The notes: generated by a model from the sequence alone, not told the origin. DNA of 64,000 nt from Deltaproteobacteria bacterium (GCA_016183065.1 JACPFF010000017.1:57550-121549), one strand, 5' to 3'. Positions 1 to 9,820 are shown, counted from the stretch's first letter. Numbers and translations are program-made.

Positions 1-1
1 G

Positions 2-2404
2 GATGACGAGAACACATTGGGCACACTGGGCGTGAATGGCGGGAGTGGTGTTGCTGCTCTGCCAAAGGCAGCGCCCAAATTGTCGGCGCCAACACGCACC
101 GCGTCGGTGTCTCCTGCGCCGCGGTCCGCTCCTGCAATACCAGCTGATAACTTTGTTCCTCCTCCACCCCAACCTGGTCCGGAGGCTATTCCTGATGGGA
201 CCACCCCACCCCAACCGGGTCCTGCTACCACTCCAGCCGATGGGGCTGCTGCACCAGCCGCACCGGTCCCTGAGGAGAAGAAAGCGCCTGACAAGCATCA
301 GTTGCCGGTCATCAACCCACCCGATTACCAGGCACACGCCAAGGCTCAGGGGATGTTGACGGATGGTGGCCCTCTCGGTTTACGGGGTCCCGTGGTCGAT
401 CTCCTCTTCATGCGCCAGGGAGAGACCTACGGTGACCAAGATATTCGGGAAACATTTCATATCTGGCTCAAGGCCAAGGCCAGCTCTCTCGAGACTACCG
501 GGTTGACTCTCCCGGCCGGGGTGATTGAGTCCCTGCGGACCGACTCGGCTGAGGGAATCCTCTTTCTGACCAAGGCCCTGGTTCTGTTTGATACATATCT
601 CAATACCACACAGGCGGCAAAAAAGAAGGGTGAGAAGCCGAGAAGCCCCGCGATTGAGAATCTGGTCGATGCAGTGGTGAAAAGTGGGGATATCGCTACT
701 TTTGAAGATATCCTCTTTGTGCGCGGGGTGAAGCGGGGACAATTCACAGAGCGCATTAACGCGATTCGTAAGCTCGTCGAAGAACGGACAAGTGCCGCGA
801 CAACGGCAACAACGCCGAAGGAGAAGAAGGCGCTCGAGGCCCTGGGCACTAAGATTGAGACGAAAACCAGGGAGTTGATTGATGGGACGGGGCAGGGGAG
901 GAATCAAGTCCGCGGCGTGCAGGAGGCCGATAATCTGGGGCGGATGAATCCCTATGTGCGACTGGCCCGGACTGATGCCGAGTATGTGAAGAAATATGCC
1001 GCCGAGATGGAGACCGGGCTTGCGGCCGCCGCAGACAAGCTCAATGCGATTGAGGACAAGACGGAGTGGACCGCTGCGAAGGTGCTCAATGCCATCCAGG
1101 GCGACGTTGCTGAAGCAAAGCGCGTTCTAATCGACGGGCTCCGAAACCAGGACCTCCAGACCCTCACCGCATTGCAGGCAAAGTATGCCAAGTGGCGGAA
1201 GGAAGGGACGAAGGAGCATAATTTTGTCGCTGGCACCAAGGTTGAATCCGTTTTTGGTACGGCCTATGACGATTACTTTGGGAAGTTTTATGCCCGTCTA
1301 GTCCTCGGCCTCCCGTTCGATGATGAAGAGATGTTTGGGATGATGCTGGTCGCCAGTACCATTGTCAAGCATGCGCGAGCTGGAGGGAGTAAAAAAGATG
1401 TGGGGACGATCATTAAGGCCAAAGAGGCCGCGCTCTTATTGACACCACTCGATTGTCGTTTCGACTTCTACTATCAGGGCAATAATAGTGCCGAAGCTTC
1501 AGCCAATCCCGACACGGTTACTCCTATCAGTCACCGGATCGCATTGGGGTTCGGCATTCTCGATCTTGATCGGCGCGATGGGTGGTACGGACCTCATATG
1601 GGTGACAATTGGCGCTATGGCGGTGACATCACGCGCGGCGGCCTCGATAATCTGGGTGTCGGTTTTCAACTGAGAGATGAAGGTTTCGTTGGTATGTTCA
1701 AGTGGAGCGCTTGGGCGGCCTTCGAGTTTTTAAGTGATCCAAATCTTACGTACGATCCCAAAGCAACCCTTGATGCCCCTGTTGAGAGCGGGAATTCTGA
1801 TTTCAATGGGAATCTCGTCCTCCAACTGACTCCGGCGGAGGAAATTGCCCTTATTAGTGCAGCGCATTTCCAGTACATCTGGGGTGACTCGCCAGACATC
1901 CTCCGAGGGACACTTGCCTTTCGCGTCGCGCTTGCCATGCTGGGTAATGTGGCGAAGCCAACCAAAGAAGGTTTCTTTGGAGCTGATCTGAGTTATGTTC
2001 ATTCTTTTCTGGAAAATGGAGCGTATGACAATGGGGTCCATGCTGATTTAGCATACCAATCATTTGCCGACCGGTCATGGGGCGGACTCCGTGTCCGCGC
2101 TGGTGTCAGCTATGCCTCCAATGTTGCGAATATATTGCAAGGCACCATTGGAACAGCAGAGGATGGATTGAGTCATCCCCCCGGCAGTGGTGATCCTGTA
2201 GGTCCGAAGACGATATTAAGCGATGTTGATGCCGTTGAGTTCCTCGCAGGTGCCGCGTGGACGACCCCATGGAATGCTCTTACGGCTGCGCTGCGTGCTG
2301 GTGTCGGATGCTATCAGATGGTCGAGAATCCAATATCTGGTGAACGCTCTGGCGAGATGCTCTGCGATCCGATCGTGACAGGCAGTATGACATTAAAATT
2401 CTAA
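2..2404 (+). CDS. 5'-truncated hypothetical protein (continues upstream of window), Pro/Ala-rich N-terminal region, C-terminal part ends in aromatic Phe (possible outer-membrane barrel-like end)
   Basis: Open frame runs from window edge (frame of nt 2) to stop at 2404. No stop upstream of the ORF-track Met at 17. Low-complexity PPPPQPGP region. No recognisable catalytic motif. Confidence 0.45.
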   Translation, partial: DDENTLGTLGVNGGSGVAALPKAAPKLSAPTRTASVSPAPRSAPAIPADNFVPPPPQPGPEAIPDGTTPPQPGPATTPADGAAAPAAPVPEEKKAPDKHQLPVINPPDYQAHAKAQGMLTDGGPLGLRGPVVDLLFMRQGETYGDQDIRETFHIWLKAKASSLETTGLTLPAGVIESLRTDSAEGILFLTKALVLFDTYLNTTQAAKKKGEKPRSPAIENLVDAVVKSGDIATFEDILFVRGVKRGQFTERINAIRKLVEERTSAATTATTPKEKKALEALGTKIETKTRELIDGTGQGRNQVRGVQEADNLGRMNPYVRLARTDAEYVKKYAAEMETGLAAAADKLNAIEDKTEWTAAKVLNAIQGDVAEAKRVLIDGLRNQDLQTLTALQAKYAKWRKEGTKEHNFVAGTKVESVFGTAYDDYFGKFYARLVLGLPFDDEEMFGMMLVASTIVKHARAGGSKKDVGTIIKAKEAALLLTPLDCRFDFYYQGNNSAEASANPDTVTPISHRIALGFGILDLDRRDGWYGPHMGDNWRYGGDITRGGLDNLGVGFQLRDEGFVGMFKWSAWAAFEFLSDPNLTYDPKATLDAPVESGNSDFNGNLVLQLTPAEEIALISAAHFQYIWGDSPDILRGTLAFRVALAMLGNVAKPTKEGFFGADLSYVHSFLENGAYDNGVHADLAYQSFADRSWGGLRVRAGVSYASNVANILQGTIGTAEDGLSHPPGSGDPVGPKTILSDVDAVEFLAGAAWTTPWNALTAALRAGVGCYQMVENPISGERSGEMLCDPIVTGSMTLKF

Positions 2405-2430
2405 TCCCTTGAAACGAAGGAGTGTCGGTT

Positions 2431-5355
2431 ATGCGATTAGTCGAACGAAAGCACTGGCAATGGGTCGGACATGTGGTTCTCGCCTGCAGTGTCGCACTGA
2501 TCAGCGCGTGCGGTGACGGGGCCGGCGGGGATATTGAGAAACCCGCCGAGCCGGCGGTTGCGGCACCGGTCATCGAATCCTTCGAGGCCATGAGCCTTGC
2601 GGACCCGACGCTTGCCGGCGACGACCTGCTGATCGGGTCCGGTGAGGGGATCCTCCTGACCTGGTCGGTCTCTGGCGCGAAAAGCATCATCCTCGCGTCC
2701 GATGGCCTCAGTTTTGGGGCGGGGGACGAGGTGGACGCCAGCGGCAGTCGCGAGATCGCCAGTCTCACCGCCAGTGAGACCTTTACCCTCACCGCCAATA
2801 ATCAGGGGACCATTGTGGAGCAAAAGGTCATCATTACCGTGGCCGCACCAAAGCCCGCGGCCGCGGTGATCAGCTTTACGGGGACACCGCAGACTGTGGC
2901 GCTCGGGGAAGAGACGCAACTCTGCTTCGAGGTCGTCCCGTCCGATGCCACGGTGGAGATCATCGAGTCAGAGACCGGGACCACGGTTGAGCTGGCACAG
3001 AGTGGTCCGGCCGCCCCCGAAGAGGTGGAGACCGAAGATGGCACAAACGTCGGGAACCCGGATGCCACGGGGGGTGTTGCGCCGGATGAGACCGGTGACG
3101 AAGAGCCCACGGTCGACGACGGTGCAACCGGTGCGGGAGATGCGGGAGATGCGACCTCTGGCGAAGAGGACGCCATCGCTAATGGCGCCCTTGGCGCCAT
3201 GGCGAAGCTCTCGCTGGCCGCGACGCTGGACGAGTCCGCGGCGGACGCCGAGACACCGCCGCTTAAGGACGTCTCGCCAGGCGATCTCGTCACACCGGAG
3301 ACGCCGGGAGAACCGATTGTCGATGAAACCACGGTGACCGATGAACCAGACGACGCCGAAATCCTGCCGCCATCACCGAGCGAGAGCTATGTCGGTTGCT
3401 CCGTGCCGCTCACCCTTGGGGCGGGCGAACACGGATTTACCCTGACGGTCAAAAGTCCCGATGGGACCAAGCAGACCGCGGAGACCACGATCTCCGTGAC
3501 CGCGCCGATTGCGGTGAAGAGCTTCACCGTCAACGGGAGCAAAGAAGTCACGGTGGAGAGCGGGGCGCCACTGGCCTTTGCATGGGCCGTGGAACCGCCC
3601 GATGCGACGATAACGATCGAGCCGGACTTTGGCGATGTGACACAAAACACAAATGCGCAGGGTGAGGGGACGATCAACACCAAGGCCGAGAAGGCGGCGG
3701 TCTATACCCTGACCGCCACGCATCCGCTGACCGGTGAGACGGCAACCGAGACGGTGACCGTCAACATCGAGGTGAAGAAGCCGGAGGTTGTCGAACTGAA
3801 CGTGACGACCAGTGCACGAGAGGTCTTTGCCGGCGAGTCGGTGACATTCACCGTAGCCGAGACGGTCGAAGGGACCGTGACGTTGCAGGCGCCCGATGGC
3901 ACGACGCAGGAGATCACCGATGGGAGCGTGACCATCCCGGTCACGGTGGCCGGTGGATATTCGGTGGTGGCCACGGATGCCGATGGCGCCACCATCGGCT
4001 TTACAAAGACCCCGCCGACCGTCAACGTGCAGACGTGGGGTGTGGGAAAAGGGAGCGGGAAGTCATGGAGCACGGTCGACATGCATCCGTCATCGGATGT
4101 GGTCCTCGCTGGTGCACCAGACGCCATTATCGGGGTGCATGGTGGTGGTGAAGACTGGTCGGTGAACCCCCTGGCCGGTGATCCGGCCGGGAGCGGCGAG
4201 CCGGTCGGATTTGCGCAGCTCTTCGAATATGCCTCGAATTCCGGCAAACAGGGGGCGCTCGCCAGTGTCGCCGGAAAGTATGGTCCCTACCCGATCCACG
4301 CCTTTGCCTTTGATCCCAATAAAAACGAGGGCCAGCGGGTCTATGCCGCCATGGGCGGTGGATTCATGGCCTCGAAAGATGGTGGGGCCAACTGGATTGC
4401 CATTGATCACATCCTGATCTGGGATACCAAAGGGGAATATCGCGACAAAGAGTACGTCTTCACGAGCTGCGATGGTCTTGAAGTCAAGGGAATCAATAGC
4501 TCGGAGACCGATATCATCGGGATTGGCCATGTCTGCGATGTGGTGGTCGATCCGTCCTCGAGTCGGGTGATTGTTGCCACCGACAATGGGGTGGCCTATC
4601 TCGACGATCCGGACAAAACGATCGAGACCATGTCGAAGACCGGCGATCAGGCCACACGCAAGATCGGCTGGAAGGGCGCCAAGAAGGGCGAGGGGAATCT
4701 CTACGGCGGGATCGTCGTCCATGCGCTGACCATTGCCGGGTCTTCTGTGTATGCGGGGACCGATACGGGCGTGTACGTCAACGCGCAGGGTGGCCAGGAG
4801 GGTGCCTGGAGCGAAGACTCCGGTGGTGAGCTCGGACAGAGCGCGATCTATGCCCTGGCGGCCGACAATGACGATGGCATCGTCTACGCCGGGACGGCCA
4901 CCGGAGAGATTGCCACACGATCGACGTCGGAAGGGAGCTGGACCACGAAGTACACAGTGGATGCACCGGTCTACGACCTCGCGGTCGATGCGGAGACCAA
5001 GGTGGTCATCGCCGGCACGGGTGCCGGGGTCTTCATCAGCCGTGATGGCGGCGAGACGTGGAGCGACGTGAGTGCCTCGATAAAGGCCGATGAGGCACCC
5101 GTGGTCCATGGTGTGGCCGTACGTGGCGGGACGTTCGCCGCAGGGACCGCGCAGGGGGTCTTTATCTCGCAGGCGCAGGCGCTGTTGCCCGCACCGGAAG
5201 TCGTGATTGAAGAGGAGACGCCTGCGGAGACGGAACCGACACCGCCGGAAGATGGCGGGACCGTGACCCCGCCGGAAACCCCCGAGACGCCAACCGTTGA
5301 GGGTGGCGCTGCCACCGGGAGCGGTGCGGCCGTCTTGGGTACGAAGATATTGTGA
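2431..5355 (+). CDS. Large lipoprotein with BNR/Asp-box (S-x-D-G-G-x-x-W) beta-propeller-like repeats and acidic Thr/Glu/Asp-rich linker
   Basis: AAGGAG RBS 10 nt before ATG 2431. Lipobox-like LISAC. Asp-box motifs SKDGGANW and SRDGGETW. Repeated GTDTGVYV and AGTGAGVF propeller-like strands. Confidence 0.6.
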   Translation: MRLVERKHWQWVGHVVLACSVALISACGDGAGGDIEKPAEPAVAAPVIESFEAMSLADPTLAGDDLLIGSGEGILLTWSVSGAKSIILASDGLSFGAGDEVDASGSREIASLTASETFTLTANNQGTIVEQKVIITVAAPKPAAAVISFTGTPQTVALGEETQLCFEVVPSDATVEIIESETGTTVELAQSGPAAPEEVETEDGTNVGNPDATGGVAPDETGDEEPTVDDGATGAGDAGDATSGEEDAIANGALGAMAKLSLAATLDESAADAETPPLKDVSPGDLVTPETPGEPIVDETTVTDEPDDAEILPPSPSESYVGCSVPLTLGAGEHGFTLTVKSPDGTKQTAETTISVTAPIAVKSFTVNGSKEVTVESGAPLAFAWAVEPPDATITIEPDFGDVTQNTNAQGEGTINTKAEKAAVYTLTATHPLTGETATETVTVNIEVKKPEVVELNVTTSAREVFAGESVTFTVAETVEGTVTLQAPDGTTQEITDGSVTIPVTVAGGYSVVATDADGATIGFTKTPPTVNVQTWGVGKGSGKSWSTVDMHPSSDVVLAGAPDAIIGVHGGGEDWSVNPLAGDPAGSGEPVGFAQLFEYASNSGKQGALASVAGKYGPYPIHAFAFDPNKNEGQRVYAAMGGGFMASKDGGANWIAIDHILIWDTKGEYRDKEYVFTSCDGLEVKGINSSETDIIGIGHVCDVVVDPSSSRVIVATDNGVAYLDDPDKTIETMSKTGDQATRKIGWKGAKKGEGNLYGGIVVHALTIAGSSVYAGTDTGVYVNAQGGQEGAWSEDSGGELGQSAIYALAADNDDGIVYAGTATGEIATRSTSEGSWTTKYTVDAPVYDLAVDAETKVVIAGTGAGVFISRDGGETWSDVSASIKADEAPVVHGVAVRGGTFAAGTAQGVFISQAQALLPAPEVVIEEETPAETEPTPPEDGGTVTPPETPETPTVEGGAATGSGAAVLGTKIL

Positions 5356-5401
5356 CGATGTTGTAAAGAAGGGGACTACTGCATAAAGTATAGTTTATAT
5401 A

Positions 5402-5430
5402 TTGACGTTTTATCAGTACTATTATAAATT
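5402..5430 (+). promoter_or_regulatory. AT-rich sigma70-like promoter region (TTGACG ... TATAAA) upstream of hipA
   Basis: TTGACG at 5402-5407 and TATAAA about 15-17 nt downstream, in an 85-nt AT-rich spacer unlike the ~60% GC surroundings. Confidence 0.35.
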
Positions 5431-5439
5431 ATATTTTAT

Positions 5440-6678
5440 ATGGCAAAGGTCCGTTGGGGGAAAGTCTATTTACACGATCGATACGTTGGTCGACTCCAGG
5501 AGGAGCCTGGCGGTCGGTGTCGCTTTACCTACGACGTCTCCTATCTCGAAGCGGGCGCACCGCCCGTTGCGTTCACATTACCTCTGCGAAAAAGTCCGTA
5601 CATTTCAGAACGAGGCCTCCCCCCTTTTTTTGATAATCTCGTTGCTGAGGGGTGGCTGCAAAATGCCCAGGCACGGGCACTTGGCGTCGATCCGAATAAT
5701 CGTTTCGCATTGCTGTTGGGCTTTGGCATTGATCTCATTGGGGCGATTTCGATTGTCGATCCGGAACCAGATCCTCGAGTGCCTATGAGTCATGACAGCG
5801 ATGGAGCGACATTAGCTGCTCTCAGGGGGCACGCCTCCCTTTCCGGCGTCCAGCGGAAACTCCTGATGCTACAGGAAGGTACGGCATACCGTCCGGTCGG
5901 AGAGGATGAACTGAGCACGCATATCGCCAAATTGGTCTCCGGCAATCTGACCGATGTGATTGAAGTGGAGCATCTCTCTACGCTCGCCGTTGCGCAGCTT
6001 CTCCCCAATGATGCAGTTGTTGACACGCACATTGTATCGCTTCCCGACATCAATGAGACGGCGCTGATGATTCCACGGTTTGACCGAACACGATCAGGAA
6101 AGCGGATCCACTTTGAGGAGTTCAACCAGTTGTTGGGTCACTATTCGGGAGACGACAAATATCGCGGATCATACGAACAGATGGGGCAATTTGTTTCCCA
6201 TACGCATGGTTGCATGCCTGCGGAAGCCGGCAAGCTCTTTCGCCGTCTGCTGGCCAATCTGCTCATAGGGAACACTGATGCGCATTTCAAAAACTTTGCG
6301 ATGTTTCATACTCAGGACGGCTTGAGATTGACACCTCTCTATGATGTGGTCTCTTCGGCACATTACGTCAATTACCGATCTATTGCACTTCAAATAACGG
6401 GTGCCAATAATCTCGATCTTCACAAACTGGAGCCGAAACATATTCTTGGACTGGGAAGGGGATTTGACCTGGCCGACGAATTTGTTCTGGCCGTGATCGC
6501 GGAGTTGGGCGAGCGACTGCCATATACCCTGCAGGTCATGGAAAAATCCGCTGCAGGGTCGCGGAAGTTGCGGGATGAACTCGTGAGCAAAACGGAGAAG
6601 CGATGGAACAACAGTTTCAAATCAATTGGCCAGTTATGGTCGAAGAGGCAAAGCAGAGGCGCAAGGGACAAAAAATGA
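5440..6678 (+). CDS. hipA: HipA-family serine/threonine kinase toxin (HipA N-terminal plus C-terminal kinase domain)
   Basis: HipA_N-like start (VYLHDRYVGRL). C-terminal catalytic signature LIGNTDAHFKNFAM (HipA D-x-H-x-KN motif). Confidence 0.8.
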   Translation: MAKVRWGKVYLHDRYVGRLQEEPGGRCRFTYDVSYLEAGAPPVAFTLPLRKSPYISERGLPPFFDNLVAEGWLQNAQARALGVDPNNRFALLLGFGIDLIGAISIVDPEPDPRVPMSHDSDGATLAALRGHASLSGVQRKLLMLQEGTAYRPVGEDELSTHIAKLVSGNLTDVIEVEHLSTLAVAQLLPNDAVVDTHIVSLPDINETALMIPRFDRTRSGKRIHFEEFNQLLGHYSGDDKYRGSYEQMGQFVSHTHGCMPAEAGKLFRRLLANLLIGNTDAHFKNFAMFHTQDGLRLTPLYDVVSSAHYVNYRSIALQITGANNLDLHKLEPKHILGLGRGFDLADEFVLAVIAELGERLPYTLQVMEKSAAGSRKLRDELVSKTEKRWNNSFKSIGQLWSKRQSRGARDKK

Positions 6679-7082
6679 CGCAGAGGGAGCTTGCCCTGCT
6701 GGCGGGTGTCAGCACGCCCACCATTTCCCGATTTGAAAACGGGGAAGACGACCTTCAGCTCTCTTCTGTGAATAAAATTTTGAAGGTCTTTGGCATGATT
6801 GATCGACGGATACTGACTTTTCCAGACTCCACTATTGGAGGGGCTGCGCGGGCCATTTGGGAGCATGATACGGTCGAATTTTGGGGATTTGATGGGGACA
6901 ACAGAATCAGATGTTGCATTTCAGAAGAGACGCTCAAGGACCGGTTTCCCAACGATGGCTGGACGTTCATCACCATATTTCAGCGAAACCGCCCAGTCAT
7001 TGAACAGATGGCTCGGCGAAAATATTTGGCGGGGAAGATCGATGAAGATGGTTCTATCACCATCCAGAGTGTGGATTGGTGA
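6675..7082 (+). CDS. XRE-family helix-turn-helix protein (HipB-like partner) with about 95-aa C-terminal extension, encoded downstream of hipA
   Basis: ATG 6675 overlaps the hipA stop as ATGA. HTH MTQRELALLAGVSTPTISRFENGE. The ORF track also allows an upstream start at 6603 overlapping hipA. Confidence 0.6.
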   Translation: MTQRELALLAGVSTPTISRFENGEDDLQLSSVNKILKVFGMIDRRILTFPDSTIGGAARAIWEHDTVEFWGFDGDNRIRCCISEETLKDRFPNDGWTFITIFQRNRPVIEQMARRKYLAGKIDEDGSITIQSVDW

Positions 7083-7177
7083 GAGGAAAACTGTCAGACA
7101 GATCCCGATGAAATCTCTCCTCCCCATTCTCTCTTTTCACGTGCAATGTCGATGGTGTTTCAGTAATACGGCCGCTT

Positions 7178-7618
7178 ATGCGTCGTGTGTGGTCGTTGAT
7201 GATGTTGGCGGTGGTCGGCGCGCTTCCCGGGCCTGCAGATGCCCGCGCCGGTGTCGTGCCACCTGAAATGGTGAGCAAAGTCCAGTCCGTGCTGATCGAA
7301 CAGTGGAAGACCGCATCGACGAGGGCGCGTGAGCGGACGGCCATTGAATCGTTTCTGCTGATGACCGGACGTGCCACCGACGAGCGGCTCTCGGCCTTGG
7401 CGGAGAGCGGGTTTGTCGTCCGGAGTATCATTCCGCGGGCGCATGCGGGACGCGGTCGCGAACGATATGCCCGCCACACGGCGACCATCCTGACCGGACA
7501 CGTGGCATTGCAAGACGTTCCGGCCGTCGCCGCCCTTCCTTTTGTGGAACGGCTGGAAGGGGCGTCGCGCCTTGGCGGGAAATGGCCGGGCGGCGGGCGC
7601 GTGCCGGTGACGAAATAG
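7178..7618 (+). CDS. Secreted stand-alone protein homologous to the N-terminal propeptide (I9 inhibitor-like domain) of the adjacent subtilase
   Basis: Signal peptide MRRVWSLMMLAVVGALPGPADA. Segment ILTGHVALQDVPAVAALPFVERLEGASRL aligns with ILTAALPLPYVEALAAIDIVEYVEAGRRL of the subtilase pro-region. Confidence 0.55.
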   Translation: MRRVWSLMMLAVVGALPGPADARAGVVPPEMVSKVQSVLIEQWKTASTRARERTAIESFLLMTGRATDERLSALAESGFVVRSIIPRAHAGRGRERYARHTATILTGHVALQDVPAVAALPFVERLEGASRLGGKWPGGGRVPVTK

Positions 7619-7642
7619 CAGGAAACATCTCTCGCGGGGGAA

Positions 7643-9820
7643 ATGATGGGGATGAGGCGATCGGTGCAGGCACTCTGGGCAATGGCCGCGGTACTTCTGG
7701 CCGCACAATCGGGCGCGACGACACGGATGACCCGGCTCGATCCGGCGCTGCGCATGGCGGCCCGCGCGGAAGCGACAGAGACGGGCACTCTGTCGAAGCA
7801 CTTTCGAATGCGTGCCGCAACCGTTGGGGAGAGACCGCTGGTCGATCTCTTTGTGAAGACGGTCGATCCTGTGGAATGCCAGAAGATTATCGAACAGTGG
7901 GGGGGCGAGGTCCGGACCGTGGCTGGCAAGATTCTCACGGCGGCATTACCGCTCCCCTACGTGGAAGCGCTCGCGGCAATCGACATCGTCGAATATGTCG
8001 AGGCCGGGCGGCGGCTTTCGCCGAAACTCAACCAGTCTCTGCCAGTGATCGGCGCAGACGACGTTCATGCAGGGACTGGCGTCAGCCAGGCCTACACCGG
8101 CGATGGCGTGTTGGTGGGGGTGGTCGATTCCGGGGTCGATTGTGCCCATGCCGATTTCCTCGACAGCAGCGGCGGCTCGCGGTTTCTGGCCTATTGGGAT
8201 CAGACCAAGACGAGCGATACCACAGGCGTGTCGGAGATCTCCGGATCGGTGGGGACGGAATATACCGGGAGCGAACTGACGGATGGGAGCTGTGCCAGCT
8301 CACCCGATGGCGATTCCAGCGGACACGGCACGCACGTCACCGGGATCGCGACGAGCGACAATAGCCCCTATACCGGCCTTGCACCGGATGCGTCGATCAT
8401 TGTCGTCAAACACAATGCCCAGGATGCGGAGAGCGAGGGGACCTTTGCCACGACCGTGGTCGACGCGGTGAACTATATTTTTCGCAAGGCGCAGGGAGAG
8501 TCGCCGCGGATGCCGGCGGTCGTGAATCTCTCGCTCGGGAGTTCGCTGGGGGCCCACGACGGGACCTCGCTCTTTGAGGAGGCGCTCGACAGTCTCCTGA
8601 CCGACACCGATGGCGCAGAGAAGGAGGGTCGCGCGATTGTGAATGCCGCAGGGAACGAGAATTTCTCGTCCGCCGATAGCGGCACCACGGATTTTGCCGG
8701 CATCCATGCGACCATCGATCAATCGAGTACGGAAAATGGGTACGATTTTGCCATTCGGAGCAGTGCCACGGTGTTCACGGTCTTTGGGGGCGCCCAGGTC
8801 GACATCTGGTTGACGAGCACCAGTGCGTGTACGGTCCAGATCGACGCCTATGCGCTCGATGACAAATCATCATCGGCCCTCAAGATCGACATGTTGCCGG
8901 TCTCCAAGGGGAGCTCGACCACGGCGAACAGCAACACCGATGGGCGGCTCAAAATCGCCCTCGACTTTACCGATGATAGTAATGCCAACAACGGAAAGCA
9001 GCACGCCTTGGCGACCATCACCAAGGTGAGCGGGGCCTCGGTGACGGCCACGAGTTATTCGTTCGATCTTATTTTGATCGGCAGTTGCGAGGGCGATGCC
9101 TGGCTCTACCCCGACCTGACCGCGGCACTCTCTTTCCGCAAGGTGAGCGCGCTGCCGGTGTCGACGAATCCGCGCGGCTATCCCTATGTGAGCGGCGATA
9201 GTGATCGGACCATGACGATCCCGGCCACGGCGGGCAAGGTGATCGCGGTAGGGGCGTTTATGGACGCAGGGACCTGGATTGATCTGAATGGAACATTGCA
9301 CGATCAGACCTCGACCTCGGAAGGGACGGGCGGGATTGCCGGCGGCATTTCCCTCTTCTCGAGTCTGGGGCCCACGGCCGATAGTCGTACCAAACCCGAT
9401 CTCTCCGCCCCCGGCGAGCCGATCATTGCCACGCTCGCCTCGACGGCCACGGGCGTTTCTTCGAGCGAAAAGGGGGATGCCACGCATCAGAAACTCGAGG
9501 GGAGCTCCATGGCCGCGCCCCATGTGACGGGGACGGTGGCGCTCATGTTGCAACGCAACGGTTGTCTGACGACCACGGAGATCAAGTCGGCACTGACGAG
9601 CACGGCCACAAGCGACAGCTTTACAGGGAGTTCGCTGCCGAATAATACGTGGGGGGCGGGGAAGCTCGACACGCTCGCTGCGGTGAATGCCGTGTCCGCC
9701 GCCAGTTGCGAACCGAACAACACGGGCGATGTGGGTGCCGGATCGACGCTGGGCGACCCCGGCAGCACAGCGGTTGTTACTACGGGTGGCGGGAGCTGTA
9801 CGTTGATTCCGGTCAGATAG
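7643..9820 (+). CDS. Secreted subtilisin-like serine protease (peptidase S8) with N-terminal propeptide and C-terminal extension ending SCTLIPVR
   Basis: Catalytic triad motifs VVDSGVD (Asp), HGTHVTG (His), GSSMAAPHVTG (Ser). Signal peptide. Confidence 0.85.
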   Translation: MMGMRRSVQALWAMAAVLLAAQSGATTRMTRLDPALRMAARAEATETGTLSKHFRMRAATVGERPLVDLFVKTVDPVECQKIIEQWGGEVRTVAGKILTAALPLPYVEALAAIDIVEYVEAGRRLSPKLNQSLPVIGADDVHAGTGVSQAYTGDGVLVGVVDSGVDCAHADFLDSSGGSRFLAYWDQTKTSDTTGVSEISGSVGTEYTGSELTDGSCASSPDGDSSGHGTHVTGIATSDNSPYTGLAPDASIIVVKHNAQDAESEGTFATTVVDAVNYIFRKAQGESPRMPAVVNLSLGSSLGAHDGTSLFEEALDSLLTDTDGAEKEGRAIVNAAGNENFSSADSGTTDFAGIHATIDQSSTENGYDFAIRSSATVFTVFGGAQVDIWLTSTSACTVQIDAYALDDKSSSALKIDMLPVSKGSSTTANSNTDGRLKIALDFTDDSNANNGKQHALATITKVSGASVTATSYSFDLILIGSCEGDAWLYPDLTAALSFRKVSALPVSTNPRGYPYVSGDSDRTMTIPATAGKVIAVGAFMDAGTWIDLNGTLHDQTSTSEGTGGIAGGISLFSSLGPTADSRTKPDLSAPGEPIIATLASTATGVSSSEKGDATHQKLEGSSMAAPHVTGTVALMLQRNGCLTTTEIKSALTSTATSDSFTGSSLPNNTWGAGKLDTLAAVNAVSAASCEPNNTGDVGAGSTLGDPGSTAVVTTGGGSCTLIPVR

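Noticed and set aside
4090-5109. Long antisense ORFs overlapping annotated genes on the opposite strand (e.g. 4090-5109, 10353-11261, 22607-24085, 26291-27325, 62165-63991)
   Set aside because: Typical shadow ORFs of a high-GC genome. Arg/Pro/Gly-rich, no signal peptides or motifs. The sense-strand partner carries clear homology (BNR protein, Slt, SecD, RecJ, TSP3 lipoprotein).
6832-6845. Exact 14-nt match (CTATTGGAGGGGCT) to the 5' end of the palindromic element inside the HTH gene downstream of hipA
   Set aside because: Too short to call an element copy. No CAAAG hairpin follows. Kept only as a note in the hipA finding.
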